Below are positions 25,911 through 38,145 of a stretch of DNA of 64,000 nucleotides, one piece after another. Numbering within the stretch: the stretch's first letter is position 1; each line of letters begins with the position of its first letter. The notes under the pieces are model-generated. The model was not told the origin of the DNA and made no database searches. It saw only the letters and a program-made list of their open reading frames with translations. Source of the DNA: Oscillospiraceae bacterium (GTDB lineage Bacteria > Bacillota > Clostridia > Oscillospirales > Ruminococcaceae); contig JAFPTG010000003.1 of assembly GCA_017400345.1 (NCBI GenBank), positions 5,813-69,812 on the forward strand. Direction: 5' to 3'. Position numbers and translations under genes: made by a program.

Positions 25911-27644
25911 ATGAACAACGAACAATTATTAGCCCTCCGGCACTCGGCATCGCATATTATGGCACAGGCAATAAAAACATTATTTCCAGATGTTAAATTT
26001 GCAATTGGCCCAGCAATAAGCACAGGTTTTTACTACGACCTCGATATGGAGCATAAACTTTCTGCAGATGATTTTGCTGCAATAGAAAAAGAGATGCGTA
26101 AAATCATAGCTAAAGATTATAAATTTGTAAAGAGTGTAATTTCCAGACAAGAGGCACTAGACTTAATGAAAGACCAGCCGTATAAAATAGAACTAATAGA
26201 GAACTTACCGAAGGATGAAAATATTTATATTTACACGCAAGGTGATTTCACAGATTTATGCGCAGGTCCGCACGTTCAGAGCACAGGCTGCGTTAAAGCG
26301 TTCAAATTAATGTCTGTAGCGGGCGCATATTGGCGCGGAGACGAAAAGAATAAGATGCTGCAGCGCATTTACGGAACCGCATTTGAATCGCAAGAAGAAC
26401 TAGATGCTTACATTCTTCAGCTGGAAGAGGCAAAGAAACGCGACCATAGAAAATTAGGAGTAGAGCTGGAACTTTATACTTTAATGGATGAAGGCCCGGG
26501 ATTTCCATTCTTTTTACCAAACGGAGTAATACTCAGAAACGAGCTAGAAAGTTTTTGGCGTAAAGAACATATAAAAAACGGCTATTGCGAAATTAAAACG
26601 CCAATTATGCTAAACGAAGAGTTGTGGCACCGCTCTGGCCATTGGGACCACTATAAAGATAATATGTACTTTTCACAGATTGATGAAAAAACATATGCAT
26701 TAAAACCAATGAACTGCCCAGGCTCCATCTTGGTGTATAAAATGCGCCCTCGCTCGTACCGCGAACTGCCTTTGCGCCTTTCAGAGATGGGCATAGTGCA
26801 CAGACACGAAAATTCGGGTAACCTGCACGGCTTGATGAGGGTAAGATGCTTTACACAGGATGATGCACACATCTATGTAGCTCAAGACCAAATAAGAGAT
26901 GAACTAACAAGGGTAATAAAATTAATAGATAATATTTATCAGATTTTCGGCTTTAAATATAACATAGAACTTTCAACCCGCCCCAAAGATTCAATGGGCA
27001 CAGATGAACAATGGGCTGCAGCTACAAATGGCCTTAAAGAAGCATTAACATTAAATAATCTAGAATATGAAATCAACGAAGGCGACGGTGCATTTTACGG
27101 CCCAAAAATAGATTTTCACCTTCACGATTCAATTGGCAGAGTTTGGCAGTGCGGCACAATCCAGCTAGACTTTTTAATGCCGGAACGGTTCGAACTGGAA
27201 TATGTTAAACCAGATGGCACTAAAGGCGTACCGGTAATGATTCACCGTGTGGTTTTCGGCAGTGTAGAACGCTTTATCGGCATTTTAACCGAACATTTTG
27301 CAGCCAACTTCCCAACATGGCTGGCTCCAACACAGGTTGCGGTCTTGCCAATTTCAGAAAAGCACGTTGCTTACGCAGAACAGATTAAAGACAAATTAGC
27401 ATTAGCGGGAATACGTGCAAAGGTAGATACAAGTAACGAAAAATTCGGCAAAAAACTCCGTAATTCAATCCAAAATAAAATACCATATAGCATAATAGTA
27501 GGAGATAGCGAGTTAAATGAGCAAAAAATCACAGTACGCGCTCGCAAAACAGAAAAACAGCAGAGCATGTCACTCGAAGAATTTATTGCAAAACTCGAGG
27601 AAGAGATAAAATCAAAAACAATTGAACCACAGGTAATTGTTTAA
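25911..27644 (+). CDS. thrS: Threonyl-tRNA synthetase (short form without the N-terminal TGS domain)
   Basis: Start ATG 25911 after AAAGGAG. RHSASHIMAQA editing-domain motif, class II core and anticodon-binding domain. Confidence 0.93.
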   Translation: MNNEQLLALRHSASHIMAQAIKTLFPDVKFAIGPAISTGFYYDLDMEHKLSADDFAAIEKEMRKIIAKDYKFVKSVISRQEALDLMKDQPYKIELIENLPKDENIYIYTQGDFTDLCAGPHVQSTGCVKAFKLMSVAGAYWRGDEKNKMLQRIYGTAFESQEELDAYILQLEEAKKRDHRKLGVELELYTLMDEGPGFPFFLPNGVILRNELESFWRKEHIKNGYCEIKTPIMLNEELWHRSGHWDHYKDNMYFSQIDEKTYALKPMNCPGSILVYKMRPRSYRELPLRLSEMGIVHRHENSGNLHGLMRVRCFTQDDAHIYVAQDQIRDELTRVIKLIDNIYQIFGFKYNIELSTRPKDSMGTDEQWAAATNGLKEALTLNNLEYEINEGDGAFYGPKIDFHLHDSIGRVWQCGTIQLDFLMPERFELEYVKPDGTKGVPVMIHRVVFGSVERFIGILTEHFAANFPTWLAPTQVAVLPISEKHVAYAEQIKDKLALAGIRAKVDTSNEKFGKKLRNSIQNKIPYSIIVGDSELNEQKITVRARKTEKQQSMSLEEFIAKLEEEIKSKTIEPQVIV

Positions 27645-27673
27645 CTTTAAATAAAGCAGAATAAAATTAAAAA

Positions 27674-27711
27674 AGCTGGCAAATATTAATTAAATTTTGC
27701 CGGCTCTTTTT
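27674..27711 (+). terminator. thrS terminator
   Basis: AGCTGGCAAA ... TTTGCCGGCT stem followed by CTTTTT. Confidence 0.65.
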
Positions 27712-27846
27712 ATGCAACAAATTTATCTCAGCCCTTTTAAATTCGATCAACATTAACAAATATACAATTTCAGAACCCCATTAATTGTGCATAAGTTACA
27801 TAAAAATTAAATAAAAAATATTTATTATTTTTTAAAACAAAAATTA

Positions 27847-27875
27847 TTGACAAATCAATTAACATATGATAATAT
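27847..27875 (+). promoter_or_regulatory. Strong consensus-like promoter for the secreted-protein gene
   Basis: TTGACA-17 nt-TAATAT with upstream TGA. Confidence 0.5.
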
Positions 27876-27933
27876 ATGTTTGTAAGTATTAAGTTAAAAT
27901 ATTTACAAAATAATTAATAAGGAAGTATGGAAA

Positions 27934-28524
27934 ATGAATTTAAAAAAGGGTATTTCGGTAATGTTAGCTTCAACAGCAATGTGCACGGCAATTAGTGGAG
28001 CCGCAAATGCATGCCCGGGTTTGGAATTTGCTTTTGGGGATGAGCTTAAAGCACATGAGTTGATGAACAGAGCATCTGATGGTGCCCAACTTTATTCCCC
28101 TAACTTCGCACCTCAGATTAACATTCCTACCATGCAGGTTGGGGAAATGCGCCGATTTGCTTTTTCTGTTAACAATACTCAAACCAACGCTAGTTTCGGA
28201 TGTTTGGGCAATTTGGGAGCCCTTGTAAACGATACTGCTGCAGACTATGGAATAACGGTTCAGATCATCGGAGGTATGGATAATACTAACAACCAACCCA
28301 TCCCACCTATGAATAATGTCCTATTTATGAATAATAATGTTCCACCTGTGAATAATGGTGCTAATATTCCAGGTTTAATTGATATTAACGTTGTGCAATT
28401 CGGTAACGTGCCAGTGGTTGAATTTCACGCCCGAGGTCAATGCAATGTACAAGGGGAAATCGTAATACAATCAAATACAAGTGCTTTAAGATTACATATA
28501 CCATTTAATTGCCAGGTTATGTAA
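27934..28524 (+). CDS. Secreted Asn/Pro-rich hypothetical protein
   Basis: Signal peptide MNLKKGISVMLASTAMCTAISGAANA. Internal PPMNN/PPVNN repeats. Flanked on both sides by long AT-rich non-coding DNA. Confidence 0.55.
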   Translation: MNLKKGISVMLASTAMCTAISGAANACPGLEFAFGDELKAHELMNRASDGAQLYSPNFAPQINIPTMQVGEMRRFAFSVNNTQTNASFGCLGNLGALVNDTAADYGITVQIIGGMDNTNNQPIPPMNNVLFMNNNVPPVNNGANIPGLIDINVVQFGNVPVVEFHARGQCNVQGEIVIQSNTSALRLHIPFNCQVM

Positions 28525-28937
28525 CAATAAAATTCAATTGTAACAAAGAGCCAGCCAGCAGTCATGCAAGGCTGACTCCTTAATTAAATACAATAATTTA
28601 TTAATCTTGCACTAAAGTTGTCAACAAAAGTAGAGTTCATCAAAAACATCTCAAAATAGCCCCAAAATCACTCAAAAGTCGCACTTTTTTACCCAAAAAT
28701 GACCAAAAACACACAATTTTTTCACTACTTTAAAACCATAAACCCGCATAGGCAAAATGCACAAAACGCTAAATTAAAGGCTATACAAAGCTAAAAATCA
28801 TAAACAATCAAAAAAATAAAAAACCAACTTTTTGAACATAAATATTTTCCACTTCGCGGTGACAAAACTGCCATTTTAATTTTCAAAAAAGTACAAAAAA
28901 ACTTAAATTTGCGGCTCTGTTAAGACAAAAATTTTAT

Positions 28938-28957
28938 TTTGTTCCACGTGGAACAAA
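28938..28957. repeat. Perfect 20-bp palindrome TTTGTTCCACGTGGAACAAA
   Basis: Read directly from the sequence. It lies in a ~530-bp non-coding stretch and may be a dimeric regulator binding site. Confidence 0.6.
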
Positions 28958-29011
28958 TGTTGAAAACTTTTCAAATGGTCATAGAGCTTTTTTTCAACAA
29001 AACTACTTAAT

Positions 29012-29049
29012 AAAAAACTCCTGCTCACGGCAGGAGTTTGTACTTTTTT
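29012..29049. terminator. Bidirectional terminator downstream of the TrmH-family gene
   Basis: AAACTCCTGC / GCAGGAGTTT 10-bp stem with A-run and T-run on either side. Confidence 0.7.
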
Positions 29050-29059
29050 AGACCAAAAA

Positions 29060-29866
29060 CTAGATATACAGTTTATATAGGAATAAAGCAGCCGCAACCG
29101 ATGCATTTAACGATTCTACAGCAGATTCCATAGGGATTTTAACATGATATTTAATCAAATTAACTATGTTCTCAGGCAAGCCATTGCCCTCATTGCCAAT
29201 AAATATCATAGCCCGAGATGCAAATTTAATATTCAAGAAATTCGAACTATTTTCAGAAAGAACAGCGGCATAAGTTGAAATATCGGCTTTGTGGCAGCTG
29301 TCAATAAAGCTGGGTATATCATCAATTTGCGTGATTTTAACTCTAAAACAAGAGCCCATAGAGGCTTTTATAACTTTGAAGCTATAAGCATCGACTGAGT
29401 TTTTCGAAATGAATATATTGTTAACTCCAAAAGCTTCTGCGGTTCTGATTATCGTGCCAAGATTCCCGGGGTCTTGCAGATCAATAAGTGCAATACCTTT
29501 GCTTGGCAAACTGTTTAAATTTAAGGTTTGCATAGACATTTGGCAAACGCAGTATATCCCAGCGGGGGTGGTGTTTTGCGATAATTTTTTTTCTAAACTT
29601 TCGTCAATTAAAAAAACATTGGTTGTCATAGAGATGCTCTTAATAAATTCAGCATGCTTTGCTGCAAATACTGCCGTGGCAAAACAGTATAAGATGTTTA
29701 ATTTGCTTTTTATAGCTTCTTGCACAAGGCGCAGACCTTCTATTACGAACTGCATGCGCTCGTAGCGTTGTTTTTTGTGCTGATTTAGTTCACAAACCAG
29801 CTTTATCAGGCTATTATTTTTACTTGTTATCTTTTTTAGATCGTTCATTTTTTTGTATCCATTCAC
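29060..29866 (-). CDS. TrmH/SpoU-family RNA 2'-O-methyltransferase
   Basis: SpoU motifs LIDLQDPGNLGTIIRTAEAFG, MIFIGNEGNGL and IPMESAVESLNASVAAA. The start is ambiguous (GTG 29866 or ATG 29848). Confidence 0.85.
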   Translation of the reverse strand: MNGYKKMNDLKKITSKNNSLIKLVCELNQHKKQRYERMQFVIEGLRLVQEAIKSKLNILYCFATAVFAAKHAEFIKSISMTTNVFLIDESLEKKLSQNTTPAGIYCVCQMSMQTLNLNSLPSKGIALIDLQDPGNLGTIIRTAEAFGVNNIFISKNSVDAYSFKVIKASMGSCFRVKITQIDDIPSFIDSCHKADISTYAAVLSENSSNFLNIKFASRAMIFIGNEGNGLPENIVNLIKYHVKIPMESAVESLNASVAAALFLYKLYI

Positions 29867-29928
29867 TTTTTTGAGTTAATTATGGCATATATTTTTACAT
29901 GTGTCAACAAACAAATTTCCATATATAG

Positions 29929-29958
29929 TTGCATAAAATAACATTGATGTGCTATAAT
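29929..29958 (+). promoter_or_regulatory. Promoter upstream of the Asp23-nusB operon
   Basis: TTGCAT-18 nt-TATAAT with ATGTGC upstream of the -10. Confidence 0.45.
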
Positions 29959-30007
29959 TAAAATGATATATTGTTTATTTTAAAAAATAAAAAGGAGGAA
30001 TTTATTT

Positions 30008-30472
30008 ATGGAAAATTTAGAATCTAAAGGAGTTTTAGGCAGTTTCAAGTTATCAGAAAACGTCATTTCAACAATTGTAGCAACGGCGACCACAGAGGTG
30101 CCGGGAGTAGCTTGCATGGCAAGTTTTGAACCGAATTTCAAGAATATTTCTGCCATTAAGAATATTTTAAACAGAGATATAGCTCAGAAATCAACTAATA
30201 TAAAATTTAGCGAAGGAGCACTTAGTGTAGATTTGTGCGTAAAAGTCTTTTTTGGCACCAATTTAAAAGAAGTAGCACATAAGATTCAAGAAAACGTTAA
30301 AGAGGCCATTCAGAACATGACGGGCCTTGTGGTTGCCAATGTAAATGTTACAATTGCAGGCTTGTTTATAGAAAACGATGATGAATGTGCTTGCGACAAA
30401 GATTGCGATTGCGGTTGTAAAAGCGCTGATCAAGAAGCAACAGAATTAAAGCAAGAAGAGGGAAAAGAATAG
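30008..30472 (+). CDS. Asp23/Gls24-family alkaline shock protein with Cys-rich acidic tail
   Basis: The Asp23 core is LSENVISTIVATATTEVPGVACM. It lies upstream of nusB as in many Bacillota. The tail is DDECACDKDCDCGCKSADQE. Confidence 0.8.
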   Translation: MENLESKGVLGSFKLSENVISTIVATATTEVPGVACMASFEPNFKNISAIKNILNRDIAQKSTNIKFSEGALSVDLCVKVFFGTNLKEVAHKIQENVKEAIQNMTGLVVANVNVTIAGLFIENDDECACDKDCDCGCKSADQEATELKQEEGKE

Positions 30473-30476
30473 AATA

Positions 30477-30881
30477 ATGACTCGTAAAGAAGCAAGAGAG
30501 CAAGCATTTTTAGTGCTTTTTCAGTGTAATTTTTTTGCAGATCGAACACTGGAAGAGATTTTAGAGAATAATTTAAAAAACGGCTCTATCACAGAGAATA
30601 AATTTACAAATCAACTTTGCTCGGTTGTGTTTAAAAATATGGCCGATATTAATTCTTTAATTCAAAAATATTCATTAAACTGGGAGCAAGACAGAATAAC
30701 TAAGGTATCACTCACAGCGTTGCGAATTGCAATTGCAGAAATAAAATACATAGAAGCCATTCCAAAAAAAGTTTCGCTCAATGAGGCAATAGAACTAACT
30801 AAAAAGTTTGCCAACCAAGAAGACGCTCAGTTTGTTAATGGAGTGCTAAGCGGTGTGGTTAATGAATTTCCAAAAGATTAA
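30477..30881 (+). CDS. nusB: Transcription antitermination factor NusB
   Basis: MTRKEAREQAFLVLFQ..., 134 aa, follows Asp23. Confidence 0.9.
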   Translation: MTRKEAREQAFLVLFQCNFFADRTLEEILENNLKNGSITENKFTNQLCSVVFKNMADINSLIQKYSLNWEQDRITKVSLTALRIAIAEIKYIEAIPKKVSLNEAIELTKKFANQEDAQFVNGVLSGVVNEFPKD

Positions 30882-30906
30882 TTTTTATTGCTAGGAGATT
30901 ATTTTA

Positions 30907-32751
30907 ATGTGCGGATTTGTAGGCTTTACAGGTGGACTTTATGATATTGCAGATAAAAAGTCTGTAATAAATAAAATGCTGCAAAAAATCATTCATAGAG
31001 GGCCAGACAGCGACGGAGTTTATTGCGATAACGAAGTGGCACTAGGATTTCGCAGGCTTTCTATTATAGATTTAAGCAGCAATGGAAACCAGCCAATATT
31101 TAATGAAGATAAATCAATTTGTGTATTGCTTAATGGGGAAATTTATAACTACGCAGAACTTAAAACTGAGCTGGAAAAGTTAGGTCATAAATTTACAAGC
31201 AAAACAGATACCGAAGTTCTAGTGCATGGTTATGAACAATATGGCGAAGACCTTTTGGGCAAACTGCGCGGTATGTTCAGTTTTGTTATTTGGGAAAAAA
31301 ACAAAAAAAAGCTGTTTTTAGCGCGTGATATTTTTGGAATAAAGCCGCTTTATTACGGCAAATTAAAAGATGGTGGATTTATTTTTGGCTCAGAGATAAA
31401 AGCGTTTTTAGAACACCCATTGTTTGAAAAAAAATTAAATACAAAGGCACTAAAGCCATTTTTAACATTTCAATATAATCCACTGCCAGAAACTTTTTTT
31501 GAAGGTGTGTTTAAACTGCTGCCGGGCCACTATGCGGTTTTAAGTCAAGGGAACATGACTGTTTCTAGGTATTATAATTATGTACTGATGGAAAAGGAGC
31601 AAAAAGAACGTGAAGCCGTTAAACAGTTAGATAAAGTAGTTACTGATTCTGTGCAGTACCATAAAATTGCAGATACACCCTGCGGAGCTTTTCTTTCCGG
31701 CGGAGTAGATAGCAGTTATATTGCTTGCAAAATGAAACCGGAGCAGACGTTTTCAGTTGGGTTTAGCAATATTAATTTTGATGAAACCAGGCATGCCCGT
31801 GAATTTTCTAGCATTATAGGCTCTAAAATCTACACAAAATATATAGAGCCAGCTGAATGTTTTGAAAACTTTGGCAATATCCAATATCACCTAGATGAAC
31901 CCAGCGCTAATCCGTCTGTTGTGCCACTTTATTTTTTGGCAAAGCTGGCATCAGAACATGTAAAGGTTGTGGTTTCGGGCGAAGGCGCCGATGAATTGTT
32001 TGGCGGGTATGAAGCATATGTGGTTTCTAAAAAGATTAAGCTTTACCGTGCCTTGCTGCCTAAGTTTTTGCGCAACCTTCTTGCCAAGTTTGCAGAGGTC
32101 GCTTTAAAAGGCAACATAAGGATGTCGCTTATTAGAGGGGCAAAAACTGAAGATGAAGATTATATTGGCCATGCATATATATTCACTGAACGCGAATCTG
32201 GTGCAGTTTTAAATCCCAAATATGATTATAATTTTTCAGTATGTGATATCACAAACAAATATTATGCAGAGGTAGAGGGTAAAGATAGTCTTACACGAAA
32301 AATTTATTTAGATTTAAACTTGTGGTTACCGGGAGATATATTACTTAAAGCAGACAAAATGAGTATGGCACATTCGCTTGAATTAAGAGTACCGTTTTTA
32401 GATAAGCAGGTATTTGAGTTTGCCAGTACAGTTCCTAGTAGTTTAAAACTCAAAAATAAACAGACCAAATATATTTTAAGAAAAGCTGCAAGAGCAAGTA
32501 TTCCAGAAGAATGGGCAAAGCGGCCTAAAAAAGGGTTCCCGGTACCGATTGCAGTTTGGCTTAAAGATAAAAAATATTATGATAAAGTTAAAGAAGTTTT
32601 TGTTAGCAGAGAAGCATCTGAATTTTTTGAAAGCACAAAAATTATGAAATTATTAAACGACCATTATGAAGGTAAAGCAAATAATGCAAGAAAGATATGG
32701 ACTTTGTATACTTTTTTAACGTGGTATAATGAATTTTTTGCAAAGAGGTGA
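30907..32751 (+). CDS. asnB: Glutamine-hydrolysing asparagine synthetase family (AsnB/AsnH-like amidotransferase)
   Basis: Ntn Cys in MCGFVGF and PP-loop FLSGGVDSS, 614 aa. Confidence 0.9.
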   Translation: MCGFVGFTGGLYDIADKKSVINKMLQKIIHRGPDSDGVYCDNEVALGFRRLSIIDLSSNGNQPIFNEDKSICVLLNGEIYNYAELKTELEKLGHKFTSKTDTEVLVHGYEQYGEDLLGKLRGMFSFVIWEKNKKKLFLARDIFGIKPLYYGKLKDGGFIFGSEIKAFLEHPLFEKKLNTKALKPFLTFQYNPLPETFFEGVFKLLPGHYAVLSQGNMTVSRYYNYVLMEKEQKEREAVKQLDKVVTDSVQYHKIADTPCGAFLSGGVDSSYIACKMKPEQTFSVGFSNINFDETRHAREFSSIIGSKIYTKYIEPAECFENFGNIQYHLDEPSANPSVVPLYFLAKLASEHVKVVVSGEGADELFGGYEAYVVSKKIKLYRALLPKFLRNLLAKFAEVALKGNIRMSLIRGAKTEDEDYIGHAYIFTERESGAVLNPKYDYNFSVCDITNKYYAEVEGKDSLTRKIYLDLNLWLPGDILLKADKMSMAHSLELRVPFLDKQVFEFASTVPSSLKLKNKQTKYILRKAARASIPEEWAKRPKKGFPVPIAVWLKDKKYYDKVKEVFVSREASEFFESTKIMKLLNDHYEGKANNARKIWTLYTFLTWYNEFFAKR

Positions 32752-32760
32752 CTTGAAAAA

Positions 32761-33980
32761 TTGGTTGACTTTTTACCGGTGTTATTGGGAACCGATTTAA
32801 ATGTTTATGGTATGGCAAGAGCTTTTTATGAAGAATATGACATAAAAAGTTTAGCTATTGGCGAATTACAGTTAATGCCTACTAAAAACTCTGCAATTGT
32901 GAATACGAGAATTATTGAAAATTTTAGCCAGGCAGATGTTTTTTTAGCTGGTCTTAAAAAAATTGCGGCTGAATTTAAATCTAAATTTTCCAAGTTATTG
33001 TTAATTGCCTGCGGAGATACATATGTTAAACTTGTGATTAATAATAAAAAAAGCCTGCAGCAAGATTTTGTTGTGCCTTATATTGATGCGGAGATATTTG
33101 AAAGATTAGCAGAAAAAGAAGCTTTTTATTCCACGTGTAAAGAATATGGGTTAGATTTCCCTAAAACTTTTATTATTAGTAAACAGAATAAAGATTCAAT
33201 AGATTTACCTTTTTTGTTCCCGGTGGCATTAAAGCCAAGCAACAGCATGAAGTGGTTAAATTGCAGTTTTAGCGGTAAAAAGAAGGCTTTTATAGTAAAA
33301 GACCGTAAAGAGTTCGATGCGATTATAAATAAAGTGTATAATTCTTCTTACACAAATAATATGATAGTGCAAGAATTTATACCTGGCGATGATACAAATA
33401 TGCGAGTGCTTAACTGCTATGTGGGTAAAGATAACAAGGTTAAGCTTATGTGTTTAGGGCAACCACTGCTAGAGGATAAAGCACCTGGTACCGTTGGTAA
33501 TTATTTAGCGATTGTGAATAGCTATAACGAAGAGATCTGCTTAAAAATAAAAGATTTTTTAGAAAAGCTTAATTATACAGGTTTTGCAAATTTTGATATG
33601 AAATATGATGCCCGAGATGGTAAATTTAAACTGTTCGAAATAAATTTACGCCAAGGCAGAAGCAGTTATTTTGTTACAGGCAGTGGGTATAATCTGGCAA
33701 AATATGTTGTAGAAGATTGGATTTTGGATCATGATTTAGATTTTTGTATTGCTGATTATGAACATTTGTGGTTAGGGTTTCCTAAACATTTGTTGTTTAA
33801 ATGCCTGAGTGAAGAGCATATAGAATATGTTAAAAGTCTTATTAAACAAAAAAAGGTATGCACAACTTTATTTTATAAAAAAGATCGCAATATAAAGAAG
33901 TTTTTGAACGACATAAGATTTTTTGCAACTTACTATAGAACGTTTAAGAAATATTTTAGAACCAACGGGAGAAAATATAA

Positions 33981-33984
<4 letters not shown>
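32761..33984 (+). CDS. ATP-grasp ligase, candidate D-aspartate ligase (Asl-like)
   Basis: 407 aa with ATP-grasp architecture (VALKPSNS..., QEFIPGDD, FEINLRQGRS). It sits between asnB and an aspartate racemase with a 9-nt gap and a 4-nt overlap. Confidence 0.6.
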
Positions 33985-36985
<3,001 letters not shown>

Positions 36986-36995
36986 GAGGTGCATA

Positions 36996-38042
36996 GTGTT
37001 AACAAAAAGATTAAATACTATTGTTCTTAGCGCGGTCACATTGGCGTCTGGAGTGTTTTGTAGTTGCACAGGTAGTGAAAAAGAAGAGGTTTTTGCAATC
37101 ATGGTTACAGATGTTGGAGGAATCAACGACCAAGCATTTAACCAGGCGGCTTATGAAGATGGTCTTATGAGGATGGAGAAGGAATTGAAAGTAAATGTAA
37201 AATATATCGATTCTACTCAAAATGCGGACTATTTGTCTAATATAAATAAAGCAGCAGATCAAGAGCCTAAAATTGTTTGGGGTGTTGGCAATAAACTTGT
37301 AGATGCCATGGAAGAATCTGCAAAGAATTATAAAGATCAGCAATATGGTTTAATAGATTACACATATCCTACAGTAAATCCAAATATAATAAGTATATCT
37401 TTTAAAGATAACGAATCAGCTTTTCTGCTTGGCTATCTTGCAGCATCACTGAGCAAAACCGGCAAACTGGGTTTTGTTGGCGGCATAGAAAGTGACACTA
37501 TAGATAAGTTTGAGTTTGGTTTTAAAGCCGGTGCGGCTTGTTGGGCTCAAGAGAACAACAAAGATATTAAGGTTTCTGCTCAGTATGCAAATAGTTTCAC
37601 AGATCAAACAAAGGGAAAAGATATAGCCAACAAAATGTATGCAGATGGCTGTGATATAATTTATTCTGCTGCTGGTGCTGTTTGGTTAGGAGTTTTAGAA
37701 TCCAGTAAGGAGCATGATTTATATTTCATGGGAGCGGATCGCGATCAAACTTCTGTGGATCCTCAACACATATTAGCATGTAGCTTAAAAAATATAGGCA
37801 ACGTTATGTTTGATACTTCAAAGAGTATCTATGAGCAAAAAGAGCAAAAAATAATAGGAGAGAACCGTAACTTGGGCCTTAACGATAACGCAGTAGGAAT
37901 AGCATTTGGTCCAAATGAACTTATTACAGATGAGGTTAAGGGTAAAATAGAAGAATTAAAAAATAAAATAATGAGCAGTGAATTCACAATCCCTTACGAT
38001 AGGGCAAGTTATAACGAATTTGTTGCACAACTGAGCAAATAA
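36996..38042 (+). CDS. BMP-family (Med/PnrA-like) substrate-binding lipoprotein
   Basis: Signal plus Cys (ASGVFCSC) and the BMP pattern VTDVGGINDQAFNQAAYEG. GTG start. Confidence 0.8.
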   Translation: MLTKRLNTIVLSAVTLASGVFCSCTGSEKEEVFAIMVTDVGGINDQAFNQAAYEDGLMRMEKELKVNVKYIDSTQNADYLSNINKAADQEPKIVWGVGNKLVDAMEESAKNYKDQQYGLIDYTYPTVNPNIISISFKDNESAFLLGYLAASLSKTGKLGFVGGIESDTIDKFEFGFKAGAACWAQENNKDIKVSAQYANSFTDQTKGKDIANKMYADGCDIIYSAAGAVWLGVLESSKEHDLYFMGADRDQTSVDPQHILACSLKNIGNVMFDTSKSIYEQKEQKIIGENRNLGLNDNAVGIAFGPNELITDEVKGKIEELKNKIMSSEFTIPYDRASYNEFVAQLSK

Positions 38043-38070
38043 AAAAACATTTAAATTAAAATTATCAATA

Positions 38071-38119
38071 AAAATAACCGTGTCCCTCAATAGAAAGTTT
38101 GAGGGAGGCGGTTATTTTA
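38071..38119. terminator. Bidirectional terminator between the BMP gene and sbcC
   Basis: AAAATAACCG.GTCCCTCAA / TTGAGGGAGGCGGTTATTTT long imperfect hairpin. Confidence 0.65.
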
Positions 38120-38145
38120 ATATGTTGATGATTTAACATTTAACG

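Noticed and set aside
28903-29106. 67-aa minus-strand ORF across the palindrome and terminator region
   Set aside because: It spans a terminator hairpin and the 3' end of the TrmH-family gene, has no RBS and translates to an implausible sequence.
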